From the IMG/VR virus record IMGVR_UViG_3300033066_002009, positions 8,961 to 72,960 of that record: a DNA stretch of 64,000 nucleotides; one strand, given 5' to 3'. A program made the translations under genes and the position numbers. This document shows, piece by piece, positions 36,677 to 43,934 of this stretch. How positions within the stretch are numbered: position 1 is the first letter of the stretch; each line of letters opens with the position of its first letter. The DNA comes from a virus. The notes under the pieces are model-generated. The model saw only the letters and a program-made list of their open reading frames with translations. It did no database searches and had not been told where the DNA came from.

Positions 36677-37216
36677 CTACGCCTCTTCTTCCATCTCTCC
36701 GTGCCAATACATTACATCACGAAGCCACGTTCTCCACTGATCCGGCATCCCTGGCCGCCACGTCAATGTAATCCTCAACGTCCCTGGCATTTTCTTGGGC
36801 CGAACTGGAGTGGACAAAAGTCGCATCCCTACTTTCGCGGGGCTGTGCATTCCCTTTTTTTGATTACAGGGCATGCAGCACACGACGATGTTTTCCCAGT
36901 TCGTCTTTCCGCCTAACGCACGCGGCGTTACGTGGTCGTACGTGAAAGCGTCCCGCGGGACTTTCTGCCCACAGTACTGACAGCAGCCCTTGTCTCGGGT
37001 GTAGATGTTCTCCTTCGAGAACCTCACGGCCCTATTGGTGCGAGACACAATCTTTAGAAGCCGGATAACTGCCGGCATCCTTAACTCAAATGTAATATAT
37101 CTGTCAGGGTATTCTTCGACTACTTCGGCCTTGTTCTTGATAATCAAGCGCAAAGCCCTGCTCCATTTTACGCGAGCATGGGGCGCCCAGCTCGCGTTCA
37201 GCACAAGCGTTTCCAT
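36677..37216 (-). CDS. HNH homing endonuclease
   Basis: Minus-strand RBS AAGGAG. Motifs CCQYCG, YDHVTP and GGKTNWENIVVCCMPCNQKKG. Confidence 0.75.
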   Translation of the reverse strand: METLVLNASWAPHARVKWSRALRLIIKNKAEVVEEYPDRYITFELRMPAVIRLLKIVSRTNRAVRFSKENIYTRDKGCCQYCGQKVPRDAFTYDHVTPRALGGKTNWENIVVCCMPCNQKKGMHSPAKVGMRLLSTPVRPKKMPGTLRITLTWRPGMPDQWRTWLRDVMYWHGEMEEEA

Positions 37217-37242
37217 TTACTCGCTCCTTTCCATCGTAACAG

Positions 37243-37316
37243 TGCCCACGGTGAGATTCGAACTCACACTTGACGGGGTTTGAATCCGTTGCCTCTGCCA
37301 GTTGGACTACGTGGGC
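37243..37316 (-). tRNA. tRNA with Leu anticodon CAA but short variable arm (type-I architecture). A31/C39 mismatch.
   Basis: Acceptor GCCCACG/CGTGGGC, T-arm GTGAGTTCGAATCTCAC, loop TTCAAAC, variable region only 5 nt. Confidence 0.55.
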
Positions 37317-37321
37317 GTTTG

Positions 37322-37403
37322 TGCGGTTGGAGGGAGTCGGACCCTCACGTCACTAGGACACTGGCTTCTAAGACCAGCGCGTATACCATTTCGCCACAAC
37401 CGC
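37322..37403 (-). tRNA. tRNA-Leu(TAG), type II
   Basis: Acceptor GCGGTTG/CAACCGC, loop CTTAGAA, long variable arm. Confidence 0.85.
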
Positions 37404-37442
37404 AAGATTATTTAAATATTGGTAATAGTAAATGTACGTCTA

Positions 37443-37547
37443 TATGGAGGCCACAGATGGATTGGCGAAGTTGAGTGAGAAATTCGGAGGGGCCCTGTGG
37501 TTCCGGTTAAACGCAAACGACGAACAACAGCTCTCCGAATTTTTTTA
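37443..37547 (+). ncRNA. candidate small RNA (AT-rich promoter-like region to terminator)
   Basis: TTGGTAATAGTAAATG upstream. Long hairpin ATTCGGAG...CTCCGAAT followed by T7 at 37541-37547. Confidence 0.3.
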
Positions 37548-37548
37548 G

Positions 37549-37623
37549 TGGCACCAGAGGGATTCGAACCCTCACTCAACAGTACCTCAAACTGTCGCCT
37601 CTGCCAAGTTGGGCTATGGTGCC
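37549..37623 (-). tRNA. tRNA with Leu anticodon GAG but type-I (short variable arm) architecture
   Basis: Clean cloverleaf. Acceptor GGCACCA/TGGTGCC, anticodon stem ACAGT/ACTGT, loop TTGAGGT, variable region TGAGT, T-arm GAGGGTTCGAATCCCTC. Confidence 0.75.
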
Positions 37624-37628
37624 GTTTG

Positions 37629-37702
37629 TGCTCAGGGTGGGAGTCGAACCCACACTCCGCGGGGCTTAAATCCGCTGACTCTTCCAGTTGGTCTACCTGA
37701 GC
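37629..37702 (-). tRNA. tRNA with Leu anticodon TAA (or 9-nt loop), type-I architecture, A31/C39 mismatch
   Basis: Acceptor GCTCAGG/CCTGAGC, T-arm GTGGGTTCGACTCCCAC, loop TTTAAGC. Confidence 0.55.
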
Positions 37703-37707
37703 ATTGG

Positions 37708-37780
37708 TACGGCCCGTGGGGATCGAACCCACCGCGACTTCCGTGTAAAGGAAGCATCACCTCCAGGTGAACTGGGCCGC
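37708..37780 (-). tRNA. tRNA-Val(TAC)
   Basis: Acceptor GCGGCCC/GGGCCGT, loop TTTACAC, CCA encoded. Confidence 0.8.
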
Positions 37781-37784
37781 ATGT

Positions 37785-37794
37785 TGGTATAAGG
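37785..37794 (+). promoter_or_regulatory. promoter-like motif TGGTATAAGG
   Basis: Precedes the 5' stem of sRNA-A by 6 nt. Confidence 0.5.
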
Positions 37795-37798
37795 AAAT

Positions 37799-37899
37799 GC
37801 AACGGGAACGCCGGTCGCACGACCGCTCGTGGAAACTTCCTGCCATGGTTGCTCGCCTTGGGCGGACAAGCTACATCGGCTCCCGTTGCAGTTTTTTTT
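37799..37899 (+). ncRNA. structured small RNA A (~101 nt; 5'/3' closing stem; Y-RNA-like architecture)
   Basis: The 5' sequence GCAACGGGAAC pairs with GCTCCCGTTGC immediately before T9. No ORF. Confidence 0.5.
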
Positions 37900-37901
37900 A
37901 G

Positions 37902-37970
37902 TCGCCGTGGAGATATTCGAAATCTCGTGACCGTTCTTATGAGGAACGTCCCTGTCCTACAGTCACGGCG
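37902..37970 (-). tRNA. tRNA-Met-like (CAT) with truncated D-arm (69 nt)
   Basis: Acceptor CGCCGTG/CACGGCG, anticodon stem CGTTC/GAACG, loop CTCATAA, T-arm GAGATTTCGAATATCTC. Confidence 0.55.
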
Positions 37971-38055
37971 ATTGGTTGCGGGACCAAGTGTTGCACCTTG
38001 GATCGGATCTGGCTTATGAGGCCGATCTGGGAAACTATGCCTACCCTTCCCGCGG

Positions 38056-38127
38056 TGTCCCTGGCCGGATTCGAACCGGCTCTTGTCGCTTAGGAGGCGA
38101 CTGCGCTGTCCATTACGCTACAGGGAC
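38056..38127 (-). tRNA. tRNA-Arg(CCT)
   Basis: Acceptor GTCCCTG/CAGGGAC, stem GTCGC/GCGAC, loop CTCCTAA. Confidence 0.8.
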
Positions 38128-38134
38128 GTCTTGG

Positions 38135-38206
38135 TGTTCTCGGCGAGATTCGAACTCGCAATACAGGCTTCGGAGGCCCGCGTGATGTCCATTTCACCAC
38201 AAGAAC
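38135..38206 (-). tRNA. tRNA-Arg(CCG)
   Basis: Loop CTCCGAA, D stem GTGA/TCAC, CCA encoded. Confidence 0.85.
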
Positions 38207-38211
38207 GTTGG

Positions 38212-38285
38212 TGGCCCTAGAGGGACTCGAACCCCCACAATCCTGGTTCCGTAGACCAGTGCACTGTCCATTATGCTATAGAGCC
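38212..38285 (-). tRNA. tRNA-Arg(ACG)
   Basis: Stem CTGGT/ACCAG, loop CTACGGA, CCA encoded. Confidence 0.85.
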
Positions 38286-38290
38286 ATTTG

Positions 38291-38374
38291 AGGAAGATGG
38301 AGGATTCGAACCCCGAGCCTTTCGACCCACCAGTTTTCAAGACTGGCTGTCCCTGCCTGTGGACTGCATCTTCC
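38291..38374 (-). tRNA. tRNA-Ser(TGA)
   Basis: Stem CCAGT/ACTGG, loop CTTGAAA, long variable arm. Confidence 0.85.
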
Positions 38375-38389
38375 ATTTTACTACTATAG

Positions 38390-38460
38390 TGCCGATAGCA
38401 AGAGTCGAACTTGCGTCTCGCCCTTACCGGGGGCGAATTCTCCCATTGAACTATACCGGC
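38390..38460 (-). tRNA. tRNA-Thr(GGT)
   Basis: Stem CGCCC/GGGCG, loop CCGGTAA. Confidence 0.85.
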
Positions 38461-38465
38461 ATTGG

Positions 38466-38537
38466 TGGACCCGAAGGGAATCGAACCCTCAGCCTTCGGC
38501 TTGCAAAGCCGCTGCACTCCCGTTGTGCTACAGGCCC
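38466..38537 (-). tRNA. tRNA-Ala(TGC)
   Basis: Loop TTTGCAA, G3:U70 wobble in the acceptor stem, CCA encoded. Confidence 0.85.
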
Positions 38538-38541
38538 ATTG

Positions 38542-38612
38542 TGGAGTTGAAGGGAATCGAACCCTCATTCCGGCGATGCGAACGCCGTGTTCTCCCGTTG
38601 AACTACAACCCC
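38542..38612 (-). tRNA. tRNA-Ala(CGC)
   Basis: Stem CGGCG/CGCCG, loop TTCGCAT, G3:U70. Confidence 0.85.
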
Positions 38613-38618
38613 GTTCAG

Positions 38619-38690
38619 TGCGCCCAGAAGGAATCGGACCTTCTACCCCTCCCACGTCAAGGGAGTGTTCTGCCAGTGAACTATGGGCGC
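38619..38690 (-). tRNA. tRNA-Val(GAC)
   Basis: Acceptor GCGCCCA/TGGGCGC, stem CTCCC/GGGAG, loop TTGACGT. Confidence 0.85.
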
Positions 38691-38880
38691 GAACGTTTCT
38701 TTCGAGCAGGCACTACATCCGTTAACACGTCTTTAGGCCGTTCCTCATCTACCGTATTGCTGCAGTCTTGGCAATACGTGATTAATCTTTTTTCTGTTAC
38801 GTGTACAAATAGCTCAACTTTCACGCCGCGGTTAGTGAGGCAGTTCGGACAGATCCTCATCAGTTGATACTACCATTTAG

Positions 38881-38951
38881 TGGAGCCGGCGGGAATCGAA
38901 CCCGCGTTCCGACAATGCCATTGTCGTGTCTTCCCGTTGGACGACGGCCCC
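38881..38951 (-). tRNA. tRNA-Ala(GGC)
   Basis: Stem CGACA/TGTCG, loop ATGGCAT, G3:U70. Confidence 0.85.
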
Positions 38952-38953
38952 TT

Positions 38954-38964
38954 GGTATAAGGGA
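38954..38964 (+). promoter_or_regulatory. promoter-like motif TGGTATAAGGG
   Basis: Drives the downstream small Cys-rich gene. RBS AAGGAG follows. Confidence 0.5.
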
Positions 38965-38985
38965 TTGAACAGACAAAGGAGTGTT

Positions 38986-39222
38986 ATGACCCCGCGAATT
39001 GCATTTGTCGTTCTGTTGGTGTCCTTGGCTATTCTTGTAGGCGGGATGTTCAACATGACCCGCTTCACAAGCACGGCTGACGCCTCCTGCAGGGAACCGG
39101 CCACCGACCGGAATGGCTTCACCGAGTGCTCCAAGTGGGTCGCATGGTGCACCTGCATGGGAGGCAACATATCATGCGTCAGCACGGACCGCGTGAGCAA
39201 GGTGCACTGCATCCTGCGGTAA
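38986..39222 (+). CDS. small secreted/membrane Cys-rich protein
   Basis: RBS AAGGAG. N-terminal hydrophobic segment, then CREP...CSKWVAWCTCMGGNISC. Followed by a terminator. Confidence 0.5.
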   Translation: MTPRIAFVVLLVSLAILVGGMFNMTRFTSTADASCREPATDRNGFTECSKWVAWCTCMGGNISCVSTDRVSKVHCILR

Positions 39223-39236
39223 TCGAAGACCACATT

Positions 39237-39268
39237 GGCCGCGACGCTTCGGCGTCGCGGTTTTTTTG
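39237..39268 (+). terminator. rho-independent terminator
   Basis: Hairpin GCCGCGACGCTTCGGCGTCGCGG followed by T7. Confidence 0.7.
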
Positions 39269-39277
39269 GTTAAAATT

Positions 39278-39351
39278 GTGCCCCGAGTTGGAGTCGAACC
39301 AACATATTCGGCTTTTCAGACCGATACTCGTACCACATGAGTTATCGAGGC
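39278..39351 (-). tRNA. tRNA-Phe(GAA)
   Basis: D stem ACTC/GAGT, loop CTGAAAA, T-arm GTTGGTTCGACTCCAAC. Confidence 0.85.
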
Positions 39352-39354
39352 GTG

Positions 39355-39549
39355 TTAATCAATATTTGCCGAAGCGTCCCGTGGCACACAAACTCCTCGA
39401 CCGGCATCTGTCGTAATGTGGCAAATTGGGTAGTTGGTTTGTTTGCACGGCGAACATCCGGTTCCACAACACACGTTTGGACCCGTATTTTCGGTCGTGA
39501 GGCACCCCGGTGTGGTTAATGCGCACAATGCAAATAAGAGCGTTTTCAT
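39355..39549 (-). CDS. small secreted Cys-rich protein (possibly leaderless)
   Basis: Signal-peptide-like N-terminus, then CCGTGCSPC. Minus-strand TATAAT lies 6 nt upstream of the ATG. Confidence 0.35.
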   Translation of the reverse strand: MKTLLFALCALTTPGCLTTENTGPNVCCGTGCSPCKQTNYPICHITTDAGRGVCVPRDASANID

Positions 39550-39564
39550 GCGTTAATTATAGGG

Positions 39565-39637
39565 CGCCCCTGATGGGAATCGAACCCACCCAGTCTTGAT
39601 TGACAATCAAGCGTTCCCGCCAGGGAACCTCAAGGGC
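39565..39637 (-). tRNA. tRNA-Asp(GTC)
   Basis: Stem CTTGA/TCAAG, loop TTGTCAA, discriminator G. Confidence 0.85.
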
Positions 39638-39644
39638 AATTTGG

Positions 39645-39717
39645 GTGAAAATCGGGGGTCGAACCCGAACCTCCTGGTTCACAGCCAGGCGTGCACAGCC
39701 GGTACACCATGATCACC
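39645..39717 (-). tRNA. tRNA-His(GTG)
   Basis: Stem CCTGG/CCAGG, loop CTGTGAA, extra 5' G opposite discriminator C, T-arm TCGGGTTCGACCCCCGA. The acceptor stem has two mismatches. Confidence 0.65.
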
Positions 39718-39725
39718 GTAAATAC

Positions 39726-39736
39726 GGTAAAAGAAT
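39726..39736 (+). promoter_or_regulatory. promoter-like motif GGTAAAAGAAT
   Basis: Precedes the 5' stem of sRNA-B by 7 nt. Confidence 0.5.
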
Positions 39737-39739
39737 TAG

Positions 39740-39879
39740 TCGAGACGGACCTACAGTATCCTCCCCACGGCTTGTCAGCCCATTGGGCGGTGGTCTTCCG
39801 TTCTGCCGGGACCCGATCCTCCCTCGCAAAGGGCGGGCGCCACCACGAGGCTCTCCTGCCTCCGTCTCGATGTTTTTTT
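39740..39879 (+). ncRNA. structured small RNA B (~140 nt; 5'/3' closing stem)
   Basis: The 5' sequence TCGAGACGGA pairs with TCCGTCTCGA immediately before T7. No ORF. Confidence 0.5.
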
Positions 39880-39881
39880 GG

Positions 39882-39952
39882 TCCGCCACCAGGGAATCGA
39901 ACCCCGATTGCTCGCTAATCAGGCAAGCGTCCTACCGTTGAACGAGTGGCGG
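39882..39952 (-). tRNA. tRNA-Ile(GAT)
   Basis: Loop CTGATTA, CCA encoded. Confidence 0.85.
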
Positions 39953-39959
39953 ATGTTGT

Positions 39960-40010
39960 GGCCAAAAAAAGAGGAGGCGCAAGCGTCTCCTCTTTCCGGC
40001 CCCCTTTCGG
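39960..40010 (-). terminator. rho-independent terminator (two hairpins) for the coiled-coil gene
   Basis: On the - strand: AGGCCCCCGAAAGGGGGCC and GGAAAGAGGAGACGCTTGCGCCTCCTCTTTTTTT. Confidence 0.6.
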
Positions 40011-40018
40011 GGGCCTAA

Positions 40019-41056
40019 CTACGCGCGGCCGGGCTTCTGCTGCCCCGCGCCGTTGCTGCCCTGCTGGAAGGCCTGCGCGGCCTCGTACGCCTTGCGGTCC
40101 GAGACGGCCTCGAACGCCTTGCTGGTCATGTCGGCGATCCTGCCGTGCGCCTCGGCCAGCTTCTGGTTGGCCGCAGCCAGCTGCGACTGCAGGCTCTCGT
40201 TCTGCGCCTTGAGCTGCGCCACGTTCGCATCGGCGAGCGCCTGGGTCTTCTCGAAGCCCGCCTTCTCCAGCGCGAACTGCGCGTTCATCTCCTTCGAGAC
40301 GGAGCTGGTCGCGATCTTCACCGCGGTGTCGACCGCCTTCTTCACCTCGGCGTCGAAGCTGGCCGCCTTCTCCTGCAGCTGCTTCAGCTCGACCTCGCGC
40401 GTCTTCAGCGCCTCCTCGCGGGTCGCCCAGTCCTTGGTCAGCGCATCGATGCGGTCGCGCTCCTGATTCTTGCGGACGCGCATCTCATCTTCGAACTTGT
40501 CCAGCACGGCGCGCTGAGCCTGGGCCGTCTTGTAGTTGAACTCCTTCTCGTCCCGCGCGTGGCGCTCGTTGGCCTCGGCCACACGGGCGCTGAAGTCCTT
40601 CTGCCACGCGTCCTGCTGCTCCTCCCAGCGCGCCTGGGTCTGCTGCACGTTCCGCTGGAACTCCGTCACCAGTCGATCGTGGTCGGCGACCAGCTCGAGG
40701 ATCGTCTTCTTCGCGGTATCGACACCGTAGAGCTGCTCGATCTCCTCGGTGATCGCGTCCTTGAGCGCCTGCACGTCGTCCAGCTCCTGCCACGCCGCCG
40801 TGAGCTTGGGGACGATCCCCTGGATGATGCTGGAGAGGTCGAGGCCGGTCTTGGTGAGATCGGTCACGAGGCTCTCGAGGTTGGCACCGCCGATGCGCTT
40901 CTTGATGCCGCTGATGCGCTCGTCCTCGATGGCCTGCTCCTTCGCGATCACCGGGGAGATCGGCGCAGCCACCTCGGCCTGGAGCTGCTCGAAGGTCTTC
41001 TTGGCCGCCGTCTTGGTGCCGCCGCTCTTGCTGCTCTTGCCACGCGTATTCGCCAT
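40019..41056 (-). CDS. coiled-coil protein (Gln/Glu/Ala/Lys-rich heptads)
   Basis: Minus-strand RBS AGGAGA. About 345 aa, predicted alpha-helical coiled coil throughout. The start could instead be at 41074. Confidence 0.55.
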   Translation of the reverse strand: MANTRGKSSKSGGTKTAAKKTFEQLQAEVAAPISPVIAKEQAIEDERISGIKKRIGGANLESLVTDLTKTGLDLSSIIQGIVPKLTAAWQELDDVQALKDAITEEIEQLYGVDTAKKTILELVADHDRLVTEFQRNVQQTQARWEEQQDAWQKDFSARVAEANERHARDEKEFNYKTAQAQRAVLDKFEDEMRVRKNQERDRIDALTKDWATREEALKTREVELKQLQEKAASFDAEVKKAVDTAVKIATSSVSKEMNAQFALEKAGFEKTQALADANVAQLKAQNESLQSQLAAANQKLAEAHGRIADMTSKAFEAVSDRKAYEAAQAFQQGSNGAGQQKPGRA

Positions 41057-41162
41057 GTTCCTGGTCTCCTGCAAAAAAAGATGCGTACGTTGACGCCGCA
41101 GACGTCACCACGACTTCTGCGTTGTGCATCTTCTTCTACCAAGCACTTGACGTTTTTAATGG

Positions 41163-41236
<74 letters not shown>

Positions 41237-41332
41237 ATGCTGCGTTGCGCCTCCTACCCCGAGCTTTCCAGCGGAATGAACCGCTTCGGGTGTAGTACCC
41301 ATGCAGGTTGGACGGCGCTCCTCCGTGATTGG

Positions 41333-41406
41333 TCGGCGTAGCTGGATTCGAACCAGCGATCCCTCGCTCCCAAAGCGAGTGCGATACCAGACTTCGCTAT
41401 ACGCCG
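41333..41406 (-). tRNA. tRNA-Pro(TGG)
   Basis: Stem CTCGC/GCGAG, loop TTTGGGA, CCA encoded. Confidence 0.85.
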
Positions 41407-41425
41407 AATTTAGGTAAAAGGTTTT

Positions 41426-41548
41426 GCGGATACACGTCTTATTGGCGGTATGGCTGCCAATGTTTGAAGCGATTTACCGGCACGAGAAGAGCCCCGGTGC
41501 AGCTGCGTTGGTCCTCATATCGGGCTCATCGATAAGCCGTGTGTCCGC
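41426..41548 (+). ncRNA. structured small RNA C (~123 nt; 5'/3' closing stem; no T-run terminator)
   Basis: Motif AGGTAAAAGG lies 6 nt upstream. The 5' sequence GCGGATACACG pairs with CGTGTGTCCGC at the 3' end. Confidence 0.4.
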
Positions 41549-41553
41549 GTTAG

Positions 41554-41625
41554 TACCCCGTACCGGATTCGAACCGGCGTCCTCGGATTGAAAGTCCAAG
41601 TGTCCTTCCCATAGACGAACGGGGT
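41554..41625 (-). tRNA. tRNA-Glu(TTC)
   Basis: Stem TTGGA/TCCGA, loop CTTTCAA. Confidence 0.75.
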
Positions 41626-41631
41626 GTCCAG

Positions 41632-41702
41632 TGACCCTGGAGGGAATCGAACCCTCGTTTTTTGGCTGAGAACCAATTTGCCTACCATTAGCAGACAGGG
41701 CC
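41632..41702 (-). tRNA. tRNA-Glu(CTC)
   Basis: Loop TTCTCAG, T-arm GAGGGTTCGATTCCCTC. Confidence 0.8.
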
Positions 41703-41747
41703 TAATGCGGGTAAAAGTTAGTAAGGACCCCTCACAAAGGAGAGTGC

Positions 41748-42401
41748 ATGAAGACGTTGATCGTTACCCTGGCCCTGCTGGTGCTCCCTGCCGCGGCAGG
41801 CTGCGACATTCCAAGGCCGCCAAACGGCAGCATCACCTGCAGTCCCATGTTCCAGTGCCCCGAAGACGCCGACAACCCTGGCACGTTCATGAAGTGCTGC
41901 TGGGACAATCGCTGCTACCGCGGCGACTGCCCACCGATGGCGCCGGGCGCCAGTCCGGTGTGCCCCGACAAGCAGAAGGACGCCCGGGAGGTCGACATCG
42001 ACTGCGGCGCCGCGTCCTGCCAGACGTGCGCGGTCGGCAAGATGTGCGAGTCGGACGCCGACTGCGCCAGCAACTTCTGCTACAACAGTCGATGCACGGC
42101 CACGCAGGATCCCTGCAACAACGGGGTCATCGACGGCCTCGAGACTGCCGCCGACTGCGGTGGCGGGGAATGCCCCCGCTGCGGCAATGGCAAGGGATGT
42201 ATCAGCGGCAACGACTGCGTGTCCACGCACTGCATCGGCATGGTCTGCACTTCGATGAACCTCTTCTCGCCCCTCGACGACGTCGACTTCAAGGGGCAGG
42301 AGAGCCGGGTGCCGTGGCACCTGCGTCCGCTCAAGAAGATGACGGACGACGACTGGCGACAGGCCGTCGAGGCAGCGGAGAAGTCCCAACGTTCCACCTG
42401 A
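41748..42401 (+). CDS. secreted lipoprotein with tandem Cys-rich repeats (CxxCxxGxxCxxDxDCxSxxC)
   Basis: Motif GGGTAAAAGTT, then RBS AAGGAG. Signal peptide with lipobox LPAAAGC. Three or more Cys-rich repeat modules reminiscent of myxobacterial-type Cys-rich repeats. Confidence 0.6.
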   Translation: MKTLIVTLALLVLPAAAGCDIPRPPNGSITCSPMFQCPEDADNPGTFMKCCWDNRCYRGDCPPMAPGASPVCPDKQKDAREVDIDCGAASCQTCAVGKMCESDADCASNFCYNSRCTATQDPCNNGVIDGLETAADCGGGECPRCGNGKGCISGNDCVSTHCIGMVCTSMNLFSPLDDVDFKGQESRVPWHLRPLKKMTDDDWRQAVEAAEKSQRST

Positions 42402-42432
42402 TGTAGACGGGCGGGGTGTATCAAGCCCTGGG

Positions 42433-42464
42433 AGGGTCCGGCTGTATCGCCGGGCCCTTTTTTT
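42433..42464 (+). terminator. rho-independent terminator
   Basis: Hairpin GGGTCCGGCTGTATCGCCGGGCCC followed by T8. Confidence 0.7.
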
Positions 42465-42466
42465 GG

Positions 42467-42534
42467 ACCACCGCCGGGGAGTTGAACCCCGCTACGCCGG
42501 GTTGCAATCGGCGGCCATCCCGGATGCGCGGCAG
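42467..42534 (-). tRNA. tRNA-Cys(GCA)-like with shortened D-arm (68 nt); alternatively reads as TGC
   Basis: T-arm CGGGGTTCAACTCCCCG, discriminator U, loop TTGCAAC with A31/C39, G3:U70 in the acceptor stem. Confidence 0.45.
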
Positions 42535-42540
42535 ACTTTG

Positions 42541-42612
42541 CTCCAGAGGTAGGACTCGAACCTACGTCTCACCGGTTAACAGCCGGGCGCTCTGCCATTG
42601 AGCTACACTGGA
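42541..42612 (-). tRNA. tRNA-Asn(GTT)
   Basis: D stem GCTC/GAGC, loop CTGTTAA, discriminator G. Confidence 0.8.
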
Positions 42613-42625
42613 ATGAAACTACGGG

Positions 42626-42697
42626 AGCCGGCTACGAGAATCGAACTCGTTACCACCTGCTTACAAGGCAGGCGCTCTGCCAATGAGCTATGCCGGC
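42626..42697 (-). tRNA. tRNA-Thr(TGT)
   Basis: Stem CCTGC/GCAGG, loop CTTGTAA. Confidence 0.85.
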
Positions 42698-42715
42698 ATT
42701 TTGGTATAAGTATTT

Positions 42716-42826
42716 GACGACCGCGGGCAAGAAACTCAGGCCAAGGCTGACCGCAGTACTTGGAGCCAAAAGCTCCGCTCTCTGACGGATCCTCGGCAAA
42801 GGGGTAAGCCCGCAGTCGTCTTTTTT
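42716..42826 (+). ncRNA. structured small RNA D (~111 nt; 13-bp 5'/3' closing stem)
   Basis: TGGTATAAG lies 6 nt upstream. GACGACCGCGGGC pairs with GCCCGCAGTCGTC before T6. Internal hairpin GGAGCCAAAAGCTCC. Confidence 0.55.
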
Positions 42827-42828
42827 AG

Positions 42829-42899
42829 TTCCGGGACAAGGACTCGAACCTTGATAGGCGGCTTCAGAAACCGCCGTCCTGCCATTAGACGATCCCGGA
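42829..42899 (-). tRNA. tRNA-Gln(CTG)
   Basis: Acceptor TCCGGGA/TCCCGGA, loop TTCTGAA. Confidence 0.8.
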
Positions 42900-42917
42900 A
42901 TGTTGGTACAAGGATTT

Positions 42918-43023
42918 GACCCTACCACGCACGGTGTTGAGCCTCGTGCTCCTCTCCTCGCGCCCCCATACCCCGTGGGGGAGTTCGGCGTTCCGCTGTG
43001 CGTGACTGGGGTCACTATTTTTT
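42918..43023 (+). ncRNA. structured small RNA E (~106 nt; 5'/3' closing stem)
   Basis: TGGTACAAGG lies 6 nt upstream. GACCC..ACGCACGG pairs with CCGCTGTGCGT..GGGGTC before the T run. Confidence 0.5.
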
Positions 43024-43025
43024 AG

Positions 43026-43096
43026 TTCCGGTGGAAGGAATCGAACCTCCGTAGCAGGCTTCAAAGTCCCGCGTCCTGCCATTGAACGACACCGGA
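43026..43096 (-). tRNA. tRNA-Gln(TTG)
   Basis: Acceptor TCCGGTG/CACCGGA, loop CTTTGAA. Confidence 0.8.
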
Positions 43097-43169
43097 AAAA
43101 CTACTTACGCCCTGTTAGCCGCACACGCGGGCGTACCGTGTCACTCACTAAGACGGCGTTTCATCTTTG

Positions 43170-43240
43170 TGCGGGTAGGGAGAATCGAACTCCCGTGACC
43201 AGTTTGGAAGACTAGCGTTCTACCATTGAACTACACCCGC
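43170..43240 (-). tRNA. tRNA-Gly(TCC)
   Basis: D stem GTTC/GAAC, loop CTTCCAA. Confidence 0.85.
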
Positions 43241-43245
43241 GTTAG

Positions 43246-43318
43246 TGCCCCCGGTGGGAGTCGAACCCACAACTAACCGATTAAAAGTCGGCTACGCTGC
43301 CAATTGCGTCACGGAGAC
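43246..43318 (-). tRNA. tRNA-Lys(TTT) second copy
   Basis: D stem ACGC/GCGT, loop CTTTTAA, T-arm GTGGGTTCGACTCCCAC. Confidence 0.8.
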
Positions 43319-43323
43319 GTTGG

Positions 43324-43395
43324 TGGCGTGGGCTGGATTCTCACCAGCACTTCGAGCCTCTAGGGCTCGCGTCTTAAAAATTTGACCACCGCGCC
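43324..43395 (-). tRNA. degenerate tRNA-like element (anticodon loop CCTAGAG; D-loop lacks GG; T-loop TGAGAAT)
   Basis: Acceptor GGCGCGG/CCACGCC with CCA encoded. Perfect anticodon stem CGAGC/GCTCG. The conserved D-loop and T-loop nucleotides are absent. Confidence 0.4.
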
Positions 43396-43400
43396 ATTAG

Positions 43401-43473
43401 TGCCCCCACTCGGGTTCGAACCGAGATCACCCGGTTAAGAGCCGGATCGATTAGCCAATTATCGGATGGAGGC
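43401..43473 (-). tRNA. tRNA-Arg(TCT)
   Basis: D stem CGAT/ATCG, loop CTCTTAA, T-arm CTCGGTTCGAACCCGAG. Confidence 0.85.
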
Positions 43474-43585
43474 ATTGTGCAGGGCAACAGCCCTGCTATT
43501 TCGTCAAATTCCACTATTCTTTTTTCAGTTTGCCCGACTACACGGTTTTCGCATTTCGCTACTCAACTCGCCGGGTAAAACTCAG

Positions 43586-43670
43586 TGGAGCGGATAGGAC
43601 TCGAACCTATGAAGACCCGAAGGTCGACTGATTTACAGTCAGCTGTCTTTGCCGCTTGAACAACCGCTCC
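43586..43670 (-). tRNA. tRNA-Tyr(GTA), type II
   Basis: Acceptor GGAGCGG/CCGCTCC, loop CTGTAAA, long variable arm. Confidence 0.85.
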
Positions 43671-43716
43671 ATTAAAGCTCGATATTTATATACGGCCTCG
43701 AAGACCGGGTCGTTGG

Positions 43717-43788
43717 TGCGGATGGCGGGAATCGAACCCGCGGCCTGATGCTTGGCAAGCACCCGTGGTACCACTCCACTACATCCGC
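43717..43788 (-). tRNA. tRNA-Gly(GCC)
   Basis: D stem GTGG/CCAC, loop TTGCCAA, CCA encoded. Confidence 0.85.
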
Positions 43789-43792
43789 GCAG

Positions 43793-43863
43793 AGCCCTAG
43801 GGGAGAGTCGAACTCCCATTGCCTGTGTACGAAACAGGCAGTCTACCGTTGACTTACCAGGGC
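43793..43863 (-). tRNA. tRNA-Thr(CGT)
   Basis: D stem AGTC/GACT, stem CCTGT/ACAGG, loop TTCGTAC. Confidence 0.85.
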
Positions 43864-43864
43864 G

Positions 43865-43934
43865 CATGTCGCCAGGGAATCGAACCCTGAAGCAGGAGTT
43901 TTGGAGGCTCCATGGTGACCATCACCTGCGACAT
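43865..43934 (-). tRNA. tRNA-Trp(CCA)
   Basis: Acceptor ATGTCGC/GCGACAT, loop CTCCAAA, short D-loop. Confidence 0.7.

Noticed and set aside
41329-41535. 68-aa + strand ORF
   Set aside because: It overlaps tRNA-Pro(TGG) on the opposite strand and the sRNA-C region, and has no RBS.
43573-43583. GGGTAAAACTC motif as a promoter
   Set aside because: It is an imperfect copy. On the + strand it would transcribe antisense into tRNA-Tyr. Probably a fortuitous match.
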